A stretch of 55,776 nucleotides of DNA, taken from positions 138,098,979 to 138,154,754 of the forward strand of contig NC_068981.1 in the NCBI RefSeq assembly GCF_001194135.2, written 5' to 3'. Under the pieces are notes generated by a model, which searched no databases, was not told where the DNA came from, and worked only from the letters and a program-made list of their open reading frames with translations. The DNA is from Octopus bimaculoides. Lineage: Eukaryota. Positions 1-13,017 of the stretch are shown one piece after another. The position numbers and the translations under genes are program-made. How positions within the stretch are numbered: the stretch's first letter is position 1; each line of letters opens with the position of its first letter.

Positions 1-266
1 AACTAGATATAGGACGTCCAACCGAAAGGGAGCACATGTAGAGTTCTACATATTATATTCAGTGTATCCCTTCAAATGTCTTCAATCTGGCGCGCTGAGT
101 CCGGAAATAACTCTGCAGTTAATAAATTTCTACAGCTAATTTACTGGTTTGAGAACATCATTATTTGAAATTTAATAATAAGGGTAGAAATTGATATTAA
201 TCAATTAAAACCAGTGGTCCAGCATATTAAAAAATCCGAAGATTAAAATTATATTACATACACAAA

Positions 267-598
267 TATATGCTAGAAATAGATGCCGAATCATCTAACC
301 ACGAAGAATATGTTCTCAGTAAAATTTCAGCGAGACGATAGACTGTAAAAGGGCAAGACAAATGAAAAAATACTAACTAAAAAAAAAACGATTAACCTAC
401 GTACAAATGTTTTCACCTGTTAATACTTACATAAGTAAATATCTGCAGGATCATCTGCGTAGTCTGTCGATTTATAAAATATAATTTCCAGAACTAGACA
501 CATTTGTGTTGCCCTTTTACAGTCTGTCGTCTCGCTGAAATTTTACTGAGAACATATTCTTCGTGGTTAGATGATTCGGCATCTATTTCTAGCATATA
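267..598. mobile_element. Foldback/MITE-like element with 98-bp terminal inverted repeats
   Basis: 267-364 is the reverse complement of 501-598 with only 2 mismatches; 136-bp AT-rich spacer; TA/TATA at both outer ends. Confidence 0.75.
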
Positions 599-630
599 GG
601 AGTCCACTTTTGCTGGTCATTCCTCTTATT

Positions 631-639
<9 letters not shown>

Positions 640-682
<43 letters not shown>
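640..682. repeat. (TA)n microsatellite
   Basis: Direct reading. Confidence 0.95.
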
Positions 683-693
<11 letters not shown>

Positions 694-1080
694 ATGTTTG
701 AGTGTTTACACGTATAGGGAATTATATCGTCATTACAGAAAAAAAAGTCATATCTCCCGAAAAGTAGTGCACGGTCTTAAAAACCATGGAAAATAGAAAA
801 TAATTAATAATTTCCTAGCGTCACATAAATTTGTTTATATTTATAAAATATTCAGATTTTATGTTCCATGAATTAAACAGGTGCGTTTTTTAAAAATTGA
901 AATATGTCTGAAATTTATGTCTGATTGATGAGTATTATAGAAATATAAACATATTTAAACGGAAAAAAAAAACACGGAAAGAATAGGTTTTTTTCTCTAT
1001 CTTCTGTGATTTTAAACATACGATTTCTTTTCCAACGAGGCATTTTAACAGCGGCAGTGTTCCAATATATACTGACTTCA

Positions 1081-1297
1081 AGGCGGTGAGCTGACAGAAT
1101 CGTTAGCAAACCGGGAAAAATGCTTGGCAGCATTTCTTCCGACTTTACGTTCTGTGTTCAAATGTAGCCAAGGTAGACTTGTCCTTTCATCCTTTCGGAG
1201 TCGACAAAGTAAGTAACAATTGAGAACTGTCGTCGATGTAATCGACTTAAATTCACACCACGAAATTTCCGGCCTTGAACCAAAATTTAAAACCAAT
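1081..1297 (+). mobile_element. tRNA-derived SINE, family B (head ggcggtgagctggcagaatcg; core cctttcatcctttcggggtcgataaa)
   Basis: Same ~215-bp consensus recurs more than 20 times in the window on both strands. Confidence 0.85.
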
Positions 1298-1486
1298 ATA
1301 TACTGAGGTGGCAGAATAATGAGGTGGCAGAATAGTGAGCGCGTCAGACAAGAATGCTCAGAGACATTTCTTGTGGATCTTTATGTTCTAAATTCAAATC
1401 CTGCCGAGATCCTCCACTTCCCAGCCACCCTTGCAAGGGGTACGTTCTGATCTCGGTCACTTACATGCTATGGGACCAGGTAAATG

Positions 1487-1911
1487 AACTTATGAGTCCA
1501 AGGGCTCAAAAATATTTTATATGAATTAGAATAAGTACTAGGCTTACAAAGAATAAGTCCTTGTTCGACTAAAGTTGGTGCTCCAGCATGGCCGCAGTCA
1601 TATGATTGAAACAAGTAAAAGAATGAAAGAAAAGAATAATCGTTTCCTGGTATTGTTATCAGATATGGGTAGAACAATTTACATAAACATGATTTGATAT
1701 CAATATTTGCCAATTCATTAGCATACTGGGCAAATTGCTTAGCCGCATTTCACCATCTTTAGTTTTCTGAGAGCAAATTCCGCCGAGGTCGACTTTGGCT
1801 TTCATCCTTTCAGGATCGATGAAATAAGTACCAGTTGAGCACTGAGGCGGATACAATCGACTTAACTCCTTCCTCGAAATTGCTGGCCTTGTGCCAAAAT
1901 TTGAAATCAAT
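1487..1911 (+). mobile_element. SINE family A 3' half (about 1487-1625) followed by a SINE family B copy (about 1721-1911)
   Basis: Match to repeats elsewhere in the window (gaataagtactaggcttacaaagaataag; aattccgccgaggtcgact). Confidence 0.8.
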
Positions 1912-2039
1912 ATTTGCCCAAATTAAATGTAAACTCGTGAAAGACAAAATTATTATATATTTGAAATAACTTAATAACTTTTTTAGTATACACGTTTTAG
2001 ATGAGAAATTTGAACAAACTATTTAATTCTCACAATACT

Positions 2040-3640
2040 CTTATACAATGTTCATAAACGACTCTTATTCCAGGACCTCATGTCATACGCTTTGTATATC
2101 GAATATACCTCGAAGCTTGTCGGAGAAGATGCTTCTTGGAAGATGGTACGCACTGGACCAACATCTTGGAAGACGCTGCAGTTTCTCATTCCCCAAACAA
2201 GACGAGGAACATCTTTCCTTTTTTTTCTGAATCATTTCACCATTGAATCCTCAGCAACATTGGCACAATCAGCAGCACAGTATGGCAGGAGCCAAACTGT
2301 ATTAATCATAACAATATATATTTTTTTTAAATGTTTACACCTAGAGTTTAACTCTGCCAAAAAGATGCTCCTCATTGAAAATATCTTTCAGAGATCATTG
2401 GCAAAGTACAAATTTCAGTACAAATTTCAGCTCTAACTTTCAAGAAATTCTTCAAGCAGCCATCTTTGACATTCAACAACTGGAACATTATGTCTACAAA
2501 AGGAATTACTCTTGTTTCTTGATGAAATATGTTCATGCAACGATCAAATAATTGGCAATATGTGTCTCGAGTTTTCCTTGACGTTTTTCATAGAATGAAC
2601 AAGCAAAAGCCTGATAAACCAATGTTTGGCGAAAGTGCATTCTATCAAAAAGTTCTCTACTGCTCACTGATGACAGGATTGCTAAATCTGCATTTAAGCT
2701 GTCACACAATTTTGGATCCAATGGAAGCTTATAAAATTTCAGAAATAATGCTAACATCATAAAAGGAAATACAACCTTAATCTCTGATGATTTTAAACAT
2801 ATCCTAAAATACACACCAGCTGGTGAACTGAGATTATGTCTCAAAGAAGCCTATAATTGGAGAAGAGAGGCAAAAAACTTATCTTTTCACTAATATGAAA
2901 GTTGCATGCAATAGAAATGTCTCAGCAGCTCAGCTTGCAAATGGTTTATTTCAAAATTAGGGATAATGGTCGGCAATCAGCTGACACAAAGATGTGGAAA
3001 ATTAGAAAAAAAAGTAACACAACACAAGAAATTGTATTAATAATTTTATCTTAACTTTTTACCACTACTGCTTTCTGCACATGCGATCCTGGCTCCCCCA
3101 AACTTTCCAACAATGACACTGTGCTGGATATTTATGACAACAATATTAAAAGGTTACCGGCCCTATCGAATTGGTATAAAGTATTTGATACAGCTGTTAT
3201 AAGCGATGAAGGCAACCATCCAACAAAGTTAGTGAATTCTCTTCAGTCCACTGTCGTCCTCTCTCACAATCTCAAATGAAAGTAGGAGCATTTATTATAC
3301 TGTTACGTAGTTTCCTTGCGTGAACCTTCTATAAGTCTGAGCAATACAACTTTTATGAGTCACTGTGCCAAGTGAAACGTTCCTTCAACTCATTAAATAT
3401 GCTATATCATTTCAAACATTCTTCAGTTTCCAATAACACAGTCTTTTCCTATGGCCCTCAGCAAGATTCAAGGATAGTTGCTCATAACTGACGTTGAACT
3501 GACAAGTTTATGTTTCTCTCATGTTACATGGCCATGTTTTGGACCGAAAAGACATTTTGCTAGTTTTTTGTCCGCGAAACGAATGTTGTCTACCACAAAG
3601 CACTCGATGACACATTTATTTTATATGTTTTGAATATCAA
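2040..3640 (+). mobile_element. Degenerate Helitron Rep/PIF1-helicase remnant
   Basis: Broken frames give VRTGPTSW (cf. VxGPTSF), ELRLCLKEAYNWRR...TNMKV (cf. DEINACLKSSYLW...TNMRV) and QFPITQSFPMALSKIQG*...LTSLCFSH (cf. QFPxRLAFAMTINKAQGQ...PCFSHGQLY), in the order found in Helitron RepHel proteins. Confidence 0.75.
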
Positions 3641-3785
3641 AATAGAATTTATCACAATAAAATGACTCATAGAACAGAAATAATTTATCACTAAACACAA
3701 TCTGGTAAGTTCCACACATCTTAGAAAGCTGATAAAATTGAACTTTAGAAATGTATATACATTACAATAAAAAAAAATATATGCA

Positions 3786-3936
3786 TAGGCGTGGCTGGTA
3801 AGAAGCTTACTTCCCGACCACATGGTTCCGGGTTCAGTCCCAATGCGTGGTACTTTGGGCAATTTTTTTTTTTTTTTATACTGTAGCCTCGGGCCGACCA
3901 AAGCCTTGGGGGTAGATTTGGTAGACGGAAACTGAA

Positions 3937-3999
<63 letters not shown>

Positions 4000-4217
4000 T
4001 TTGTATGTTCCCTGCCACCGCTTGATAACCGGTGCTAATGTGTTCGCATCCTCCTAACTTAGCGGGTCGGCAAAAGATATCCACAGAATAAGTACCAGGC
4101 TTTAAAAAAGTACTGGGGTCGATTCATTCGACTAAAATTCTTTGAGGCGGTGCCCCCAGCATGGCCTCGGTCTAATGACAGAAACAAGTAAAAGATAAAG
4201 ATAAAAGATAAAAGATA
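3786..4217 (+). mobile_element. tRNA-derived SINE, family A, with internal (TG)n
   Basis: A/B-box-like head (gtggctggtaag...gggttcagtccc), body ccttgggcaa, internal (TG)n at about 3938-3996, gtaaaaga-type tail; about 8 copies in the window. Confidence 0.85.
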
Positions 4218-4729
4218 TAATTGCAAACAAGACTTCATGACAATATGATCTGCATGACCCGCCTCGTTTTATACATATCACTCATACTCGAAGATTCCAT
4301 TCGCTACCACTCAGAAAGATGAGGTACTCCGAAGAAGTTTCAAAATCATTATTTTCCTCCTCTCCTATTAACTACTCAAGTCTCAGCCTGCATTTTTCCC
4401 AGCACTAATGAACCGGAGGACCGCAATAATGTTTTTATATGTCTGAAGAAGCTCTCACTCATAACTGCCACATTAGAATCAAGAGATTTTAATTGATTCA
4501 ATTGGTGACCCTCCTTTATAACAGTACACATCGACAGAACCAAACTTCAGTTAATACAGTTGGATTTTAGAAACTGTAGGGGTAAAAATCAGTGCTTCCT
4601 ACTCTGTATGTATCTTATTTGCTCTCAATTAACAGCCTATCAACGCTCCTTTGGTTTGTGAAGGAATTCCTTCATTTTCACTGTTCCAGGTTGAGATTTA
4701 GTTTTTTCTCACGTTCACCAAAAACATTT

Positions 4730-5672
4730 ATTTATGAGGGTCAGCAATTTTAGCGGAAAAGCGGCTAGAGGATTACAATGATCCCAATATTTGACTCAGT
4801 AGTTGACGCGTCATTTATTTTATTGAATCCGGGGATATGAAAGGCAAATTTGACCTTTCGAGGTTTTGTACTTAGAACGTAAAGAGCTACATAGAACAAA
4901 TACCGCGATTTTATTTTGTTCGATGTTCGACTATTTCTGCCAGTTCACCGCCTTTCATCAACGAGAAACCGGTGCTTCAGTGGTACAGCATTTATTATTT
5001 CCTAAAGACTGAAAGGAAAAGTTAATCTCAATGGAATTTGAACTTATAACATAGAGCCAGAACAACTAACGCAATGCAATATTTTCCGACCCTATTACAA
5101 TTCTGTTTATCTGTTGCCCTAATACCAATCCAACTAATGAAGGTTCTTTTTTAACATTGGCACAAGGTCACACATTTAAAGGAAGTTATAGTTTCTTGCA
5201 TTATAATTCTATTCCTATCCTGAACAAGTACGTAAGGAGGATGGATAATGGTTTGCAACAAAAGCAGATCAAACATGTGGAGGATAGGAGGAAATGATAA
5301 AATTCGTTCCTGTGAATTAGTATAACTTTCTACATGAAGCTTTGAAGGATGAATCGCATATAACTTCCTCTTCATAAAATTTGTAACCTTCGGTCTATAT
5401 TTTTTCTGAAGCCTATATTTTTTCTGACATATAAGCGATCGAGATCACAACATTTTCCTTGAACAAGTCACCTGTCACTTGCAGGGCTCAATGCCAACAG
5501 ATGTTTGGAGAAGGGACAAACCGTATTTGACTGGTACTTTGTTTTATAGACCCCCGAAAGGATGAAAGTCAAAATCAACTTCGGCAGGAAATGAAACTAA
5601 AGTACAAAGAGCTGGAAGAAATGCCGTTAAGCATTTTGTTCGATGTTCTAACGATTCGGCTAGCTCACCGTC
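4730..5672 (-). mobile_element. Cluster of degenerate SINE family B copies (about 4730-4955, 4980-5110, 5520-5672)
   Basis: Reverse-strand matches to the B core (gaaaggcaaa/ggatgaaag, gaatttgaact). Confidence 0.65.
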
Positions 5673-5737
5673 TTATTCTGTTCACATTAAACATCACATC
5701 TTTATCATTTGTGCCAATATTCCAACGCTTCCATATA

Positions 5738-5950
5738 CAAGGGGACGTATATAAAGTATATAAAGTTCCTGGCTTTAAGGGTATCACAAAAGGCCTTGTT
5801 GGAAGCACAACCGTCCGAGTTCTTTTACAGGCTTAGAAGTACTGATAAGTGTGTGAATCTGAGAAGAGGAATATGTTGAATATAATCATAATTAGCTTAT
5901 TCTCATGCGTTTTCTTTTACGCAAAGCCAGGAACTTTCAGCACTGCCTTG
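5738..5950. mobile_element. Tc1/mariner-type MITE
   Basis: TA at 5736-37 and 5951-52; termini caagg...aaagttcctggcttt are inverted complements, the left one interrupted by a short TA-rich insertion. Confidence 0.75.
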
Positions 5951-6405
5951 TATCTCTTGTGTTTACGGATCTACACTGAGAAAGTTGCTCTCCAATAAGC
6001 ATACTTAGACATGTGAAAAATAATTTATTGATATTTCTTTCTTTTATGATAGACCAGAAGCTCCGCAGTCATTCATACAAACAAGGCTCCAAAGGCTTCC
6101 TTTTTCAATCCACAAATGTAATGCAAAGTCACATACCAAGTATTGTCATCAGAATGCAGAGTGCTGGAACAGATGCAGCAAAAGTCTCCTCTAAGTCTCT
6201 TAGAATTTTCGCTGATCCATCGACCTGCACGATGCCAACGGAATGCAAGGTATTTATCGATGCTGACAGAATGCAAAGCAAATTTAGCGTTATAGTATCG
6301 TTATATCAATTAATCGATAATGCATCTAATCAGAATATACGTTTCCATCATCTTTTCAATATATCTTTTTTGTTTCCAGTAAATGTTAATTTAAAAAGCA
6401 CTATA

Positions 6406-6613
6406 GGCGCAGGAGTAGCTGTGTGGTAAGTAGATTCCTTACCAACCACATGGTTCCGGGTTCAGTCCCACTACGTGGCACCTTGGGCAAGTGTCTTCTA
6501 CTATAGCCTCGGCCCGACCAAAGTCTTGTGAGTGGATTTAGTTGAGTGAAAGTGAAAGAAGCTCGTCGTATGTGTGTGTGTGTGTGTGTGTGCGTGTTTG
6601 TGTGTGTGTGTTC

Positions 6614-6654
<41 letters not shown>

Positions 6655-6875
6655 TGTGTATCTGTGTTTGTTACCCCCCCACATCGCTTGAAAACCGATA
6701 GTGGTATGTCTACGTCCCCGTAATTTAACGGTTCGGGAAAAGAGACCAATAGAATAAGTACTAGGCTTACAAAGAATAAGTTATTGGGTCGATTTGTTCG
6801 ACTAAAGGTCGTTTTCGAGCATGGCCGCAGTCAAATGACTGAAACATGTACAAGAGTAAAAGAGAGTAAAGAGTA
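6406..6875 (+). mobile_element. SINE family A, full length
   Basis: ggcgcaggagtagctgtgtggtaag head, gtggcaccttgggcaagtg body, (TG)n, aagagtaa tail. Confidence 0.9.
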
Positions 6876-7254
6876 ACTTACTTTAGAAAAAAAAAATACG
6901 ATTTTCAAATGAAACCAATAAAAATAAAAGGAAAATGAAAATAAAAAATATAAAGGGAAATAACTATATACAAAAATCTTTAAGTTATCTCCCCTGATAT
7001 TCTTCCGAATGTCGTCTACTTGATATTTTTCTGCATAGATAACGTGAATTTCACATGAGAAAATACGGTTCCACACAGAGCCTACGAGAAAACTACTACG
7101 CAGTTGATTCATCTGCTAAAAAGAGTAGCCATTCTACCTCACTGGAATCAGAGGCTGCTGGGAAAAGAAAACGTAAAATCTTATTAGGTAATATACATTC
7201 TGATATTTAATGAGTTTGGATTTTCTCGATCGGCTCCACTAGATCTTTAACAAA

Positions 7255-7263
7255 AACAACAAT

Positions 7264-7299
<36 letters not shown>

Positions 7300-7800
7300 A
7301 ACAACACTTAACATGTATCAGCTTGGCATATTGGGGAGTTATCTCAAATCTGGTCAATGGAAACGATTTTGCTTTTAATGAAAAAAATAAATAAATAAAA
7401 CGGGCATTATGAGCTACACCAATATATCTGACTACAGTATATCTGTTTTCAAAACTAGGAATATATCGTGTCTTTCAGATATTTTTGTTGCGTAGGGAGA
7501 CCAAACACAAAACTGTTTAACTCTCCACACAGCAATGTATCCATCCTCGAATGCATGCATGTATGAATGTATGTTGCATGCATACATTTATATATATGCA
7601 TGTATATTGTATGTGTATGTATGTTTTATACGTATACATGTGTATTGTGTATGTATGTATGTATGTATGTATGTAGGGAGTTAGGTAGGTAGGTAGGTAG
7701 GTAGGTAGGTAGGTAGATAGGTTGGTAGGTAGGTAGGTAGGTAGGTAGATATGTATGTATGTATGTGTGTATGTATGTATGTATGTATGTATGTATGTGC
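7255..7800. repeat. Microsatellites: (CAA)n about 7255-7308 and compound (TATG)n/(TAGG)n about 7630-7800
   Basis: Direct reading. Confidence 0.9.
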
Positions 7801-7869
7801 ATATGTGTAAAGCACATATATGTACTTACATAAGTTCTCTTTCTCTTTTTAATTTAGAATAAGTTTTGA

Positions 7870-10040
7870 CCGGCCATCTACTTGTGAAGGAAAGCATCTT
7901 GTTTTGTTCATCTTCCTTTCAATCTTAAGAAGGTCTTGCACACTTTTACAGTCCCAGACATGGTGATAATTTGTACGCATATCTAATCCGTACGCATACA
8001 TCTTCAAGTCACCTACAAAGAAAAGATTGGTCCTGCATTCAGAATATCTATTTTTATAAACACTGCTTTACGAGCAGGTATAATTAATGAGTTTTACGAT
8101 AGGACAAACTGCAATACTGACAAATTTTCAGGCATCGTATAAAGTCAGATTTAATTGGAACCCTCTCATTCCCTGAGCATTATAGTGGTGTATAAAGTCT
8201 TTGTTAGGTGTTGAATAGCAGATACCAGTAGTTGTGGAACTTTAGTTACTCATGATGCTTTGATAATCTATTTTGTCATATTAATATAATCAAAAGTCGT
8301 CTGGTAGGCTAACAAAGTTACAGCTAATTTCCTGTGGTTCTTTACTTTTTCTTCTAAGGACACTCTACATAACTCCTTCTTTCCTGCAGCTTTATCAGGT
8401 CTTAAAATACTGCCGGTGGCACAATGATTGGGCAGCTAGTCTATATTTTATATGATGTTCTGTTAGGAGGTTATTGAACAGTAACTATTAGCTTCAGTGG
8501 CTGGGCTAAATTTAGAATGAGAAAAGTGATGGCAATTGACCAGTAATGATCAGTTGTGCATTTGAACGTTTCCCTAACTTTAGGGATAAAAAACGAGATA
8601 CTTCAACAAATATCCTGTTATGAGGTCTAAATCTTTTACTGGCATTTTCATTAGTATCGTTTCCATCCATCCGTCCGTCCATCCGTCCGTCTGTCCGTCT
8701 GTCCGTCCTTCTCTAACGTACTATTTCTGTGAGGGTCATAGAAGAAGGCTCCTCAGATATTACTACTTTCAAAGGATCCCATCAACAAATCCGACTGGAT
8801 CTTCCAGACGACGCCCGCAGATTCTATGGATATTATTCAAATGGTGCTCCTCTAAGTTTTCCCAGTAAAATCTATCCTGAACGTCTTTCCCCAGCCATTT
8901 TACCCATATTCCAGTATTACTGGAGCTGTGACCTCTCACTAATGAGGTACAGTGATTCGAAACTAAAGTGCTTTCTTGATATTCGAGTTACACAGCCTAT
9001 TGAGTGACCCTTCTGAGAAATTGCATTTCGCCCGTTTGTACTAGCTATCATACATTTCTTAACAATACATAAGATCTATGACCATAAGCAAGGGTAAGCA
9101 CAAAAATGTAATTGCAGATATGTTTGACTTTTTATCTGTCTCCCTTCTGATAAACAAAGGAAGCAATTCTTACATACAATTCACCTTCCTGCCGTCCGTC
9201 ACACATGAAAACGGCCCAAGTTACTTGAACTTCTCAACCTGTTTCCGCATGGTTCATTACACAGTACGTTGAGCAGGATTTTTCGAGAGGTCTCATGTTT
9301 CATGCTTTGCAACACCGATTTTCCTTCCTCGGTTGCAAACCTATTTAGTGTATGCTGAAGATCATTTTCGACGTGCTAAATTGCTCACATGTCGTCCGCA
9401 AATATCAGCTGACTGGTCTTCCAACCACTGAGATTGACATCACTTCCACCGTAGCTGTGCATGTCAAACTAGTCTATAAATATTATTGAACAATATTATA
9501 TTGTTCATAAAGCAACATGAAATTAATTGCACCGTACTGGAAAGAAGAATCATTTCTAGGATTACGTTATTAATTTCATATTGTTTTGTTCAATATTTTT
9601 ACTGTAGCCTTGATCTAGTTCTTCCGTCCATCTAACTTGCTTGGTAAACATAACATTCCTTCCTAAAATAGACGCCCAGTAGTTTTCAATATGTTCTTAA
9701 GGGGTGTCTTTTACAGAGATTATGTTGTTTACGTTAAAGTTACGACAGGCTGGTTTAGGATCTCTGGCAAACAGTCTATTCAGCATTTCCTACGTGTTAT
9801 ACGTGGATTGTATTTTAATCTTTGAAATTTTATTTCAGCTGATGTTGTTTAGAGTTTAAGGTTTCAAATTTTGTATTCCAAGCAAACAGCTTTTCTAACT
9901 TCCAATGTATTTGTTTCTGGTGTTTTGTTAGTGTATTGTCTTTGTTACATTTCATAAATTCTAGAATCTGCGAAATATTTCTACGCAAAAAATTAATTTT
10001 GTTTTGAATTTATTTTGTCTCAATACATTTTCCGTTTTAT
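7870..10040 (-). mobile_element. Degenerate R4/Dong-clade non-LTR retrotransposon, interrupted by an RTE element
   Basis: Minus-strand remnants LNRLFARDPK (cf. QNRLFxxNxKxFY), KVPQLLVSAIQHLTK (cf. KVPxNIINFI) and RTNLFFVGDLKMYA (cf. HLLYMDDLKLYA) occur in RT-domain order, with many stops. Confidence 0.6.
8664..9430 (-). mobile_element. RTE-clade (Rex3/Expander-like) LINE 3' fragment nested in the R4-like remnant
   Basis: Minus strand reads LIFADDM...NDLQHTLNRFA, KQVEKFK*LG...DGR and RNSNIKKAL...ERSQLQ; a (GATG/GACG)n tail lies at 8664-8707. Confidence 0.7.
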
Positions 10041-10443
10041 TTTTCTCAAGTCCTGGGACTCATAAGGCCAGCTACTCTGTTTCCAAAGCGTATAAGTGAC
10101 TGAGATCACAACATTTCTCATGAAAGGAACGCCAGTCCATTTTGAAGGGTACAAGGCCAATATTTCTGAGGGGAGGGGACAAGTCGATTAAATCGACCCT
10201 AGTACGAGACTGACATTTTAATTTACCGACTCCAAAGGATTGAAAAGCAAAGTTGACTCCGGTAGGATTTGACCTTAGAAGCTAAAACAAAACGTAACAA
10301 AAAAAAAAAAAACGGAATGCCACTTAGTATTTTGTCCAAGTTACTAACTATTCTGCCGGTCTGCACCTTCTCAGACTATTTGTATATACAGTAATTGTTT
10401 GACTTCAGTTCCTTGTAATGAGTTAGCAATGTGGTAGCTGACA

Positions 10444-10602
10444 TATCTGTCTCACTTCTGATAAACAAAGGAAGCAATTCTTACATTCAATTCACCTTCC
10501 TGACGTCCGTCAAACGTGAAAACGGTCCAAGTTACTTGAACTTCTCCACCTGTTTCCGCATTGTTCCTTACACAGTATATTGAGCAGGATTTTTCGAGAG
10601 GT
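10444..10602 (-). repeat. Direct duplicate of 9133-9291 (RTE RT fragment)
   Basis: About 159 bp, near-identical by eye (ttctgataaacaaaggaagcaattcttaca...gagcaggatttttcgagagg). Confidence 0.85.
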
Positions 10603-10816
10603 AGCTGAGATTTTGAGTATCGTAACGGTTTTTATGGTTCTTGGCTAAGTGCCTTTCATGCAATTTCTCTTATTTTATTTTTTGTTTTTTGTTTTTCATT
10701 TGTTAAATTGCGAACGGTATATCTTTCCGGACGGTATATCTCTCAGAACAATATTTTTATTTTATTTTTTTTTTTTTGTAACGAAGAAGTTTTAGGCTAT
10801 TAATAATATTTCAATA

Positions 10817-11030
10817 ATCCTTTCTTCTATAGGCACAAGGCCTGAAATTTGAGGAAGGAGGATAATCGATTACATCAACCCCAGTGTTTTACTGGTGATT
10901 AATTTATCGACTCCGAGAGGATGAAAGGCAAAGTCGACCTCGGCAGAATTTGAACTCACAACATTACAACAGGTGAAGTAGCGCTGAGCATTTCGTCCAG
11001 CGTGCTAACGATTCTGCCAGCTCGCTGCCT
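10817..11030 (-). mobile_element. SINE family B
   Basis: ggatgaaaggcaaagtcgacctcggcagaatttgaactc is the reverse complement of the B core. Confidence 0.9.
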
Positions 11031-11204
11031 TTTCCTTTTTCAATAATGGCTGAAACAAGTGAAAGGTAAAAGGTAGTATTTATCTTCACTAAGAAGGTTA
11101 TACATGAATACTTGAAACAGAATACGCAAACCATACACGGAAGGATACTTCGTTGCAATTCAGAAACCTGAAGTTCATACCAAGCACATTCTACACCAAA
11201 CTTC

Positions 11205-11501
<297 letters not shown>

Positions 11502-11502
<1 letters not shown>

Positions 11503-11679
11503 TGGGCACTGCACACATCCTACGCAAAACACTTTCAATACAGTAAACATAAGAGCATCACAGCAAACCACAGCACATACCCAAGGCACACAGAGCTGCG
11601 CTCGGTAGTGAAGTGAAAGCACGTTATAAAAATAAAACTACTAAATAATAATAACACTAATAATAATAATAATAATAAT
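11502..11679 (+). mobile_element. 5'-truncated R4/Dong-like LINE 3' end embedded in (TAA)n
   Basis: Translates LGTAHILRKTLSIQ*, resembling the C-terminus of R4/Dong-clade ORFs; short 3' UTR, then (TAA)n; (TAA)n also lies upstream. Confidence 0.65.
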
Positions 11680-11893
11680 CCTTTCTATTATACGCACAAG
11701 GCCTGACATTTGGGGGAAGGGATTAAGTCGGTTACATCGATCCAGTGCGTAACTGGTACTTATTTAATTGATCCCGAAAGGATGAAAGGCAAAGTCGAAC
11801 TCGGCGGAATTTGAACCGGGAACGTAAAGACGGACGAAATGCCACCAAGCATTTTGCCCAGTGTGCTAACGATCCTACCAGCTCGCCACCTTC
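11678..11893 (-). mobile_element. SINE family B
   Basis: Reverse-strand match to the B consensus. Confidence 0.9.
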
Positions 11894-12542
11894 AATAATA
11901 ATAATAATGATAACGACAACAAAAATTTGAACACAAATTTAGGATGTGCAAAACCGAAAGCAAAGATGTTAGGAACAACACTAACAACTATGAGAGAATG
12001 TTTTGTAGTTACACCTTAGTATAAGAATTATGTAATTATGAGAGTAATCGGGAATAAAGCTAGGAAAATGCAACAAATAATAAGAACCATATGATGATGG
12101 TTAGACTAGAAGAATATAGATAGAACCTAAAATAATAAAAAAAAACAGTCAAATTAAAACTCAGCAGATTTACCATTGTTGTCTGGAACCACAAAAACAC
12201 AGTGAAGTCAGCAACCGTCTTGACAATAATTTAGCAAAGAAGACTTGAGAGAGAAAAAATAGATATCTCTGAGCCATTGCATATCCGGAGCTATCCAAAA
12301 TGCACTCTTGATATAACTGAAGTAGCATGATGAGTTTCAACCTGTTTGGATCAAAGTATGATTGAACTTGAATTCTTGGAGAAAAAAAACGTTAGTCTAT
12401 ATTTTATGCAGTAGAAATGATTGAGCTATCTCGGACATTAAAATAATTCTTTATACAATCTTACCACCGAGTATGGTGGTCGGTCAAAATGAATTCTAAA
12501 ATTCAAAAAAAAAAAAAATCCAAAAATTGTCTCTCACTCACA

Positions 12543-12604
<62 letters not shown>

Positions 12605-13017
12605 CTCTCTCTCTCTCTCTTACACACATGCACACATACATGCATACATGCATACATACAACAAATTTGCACAAAATCCTAGAAACACATGGTTTCACGC
12701 AAAAAGATCAAAAGAAACTAAGGTGGATTCTCCAAATCTAATTTATTAGTGGTACAATGAAGATTTGGAGGGCATTTCAGAAATTCTCCATGTGAGATTC
12801 GTATGTGAATTGATGCACATACTTGGGTGTATGTGTCGACAGTTCAACCAACACACCAACTTAACCAAATATTCACAAGCACCAAGAACTCTCTTAACTC
12901 AAGAAGTCTTGTTGCTTTTTAGGACCGGCTTGAATTCTCTCAAGAACTTAATTTAAACTCAAAGAAAAATCATACATACATACGTACGTCCATACATACA
13001 TACATACATACATACAT

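Noticed and set aside
6013-6429. 138-aa plus ORF and overlapping minus ORF with CCIC
   Set aside because: No recognisable domain, no splice support; the ORF ends inside a SINE.
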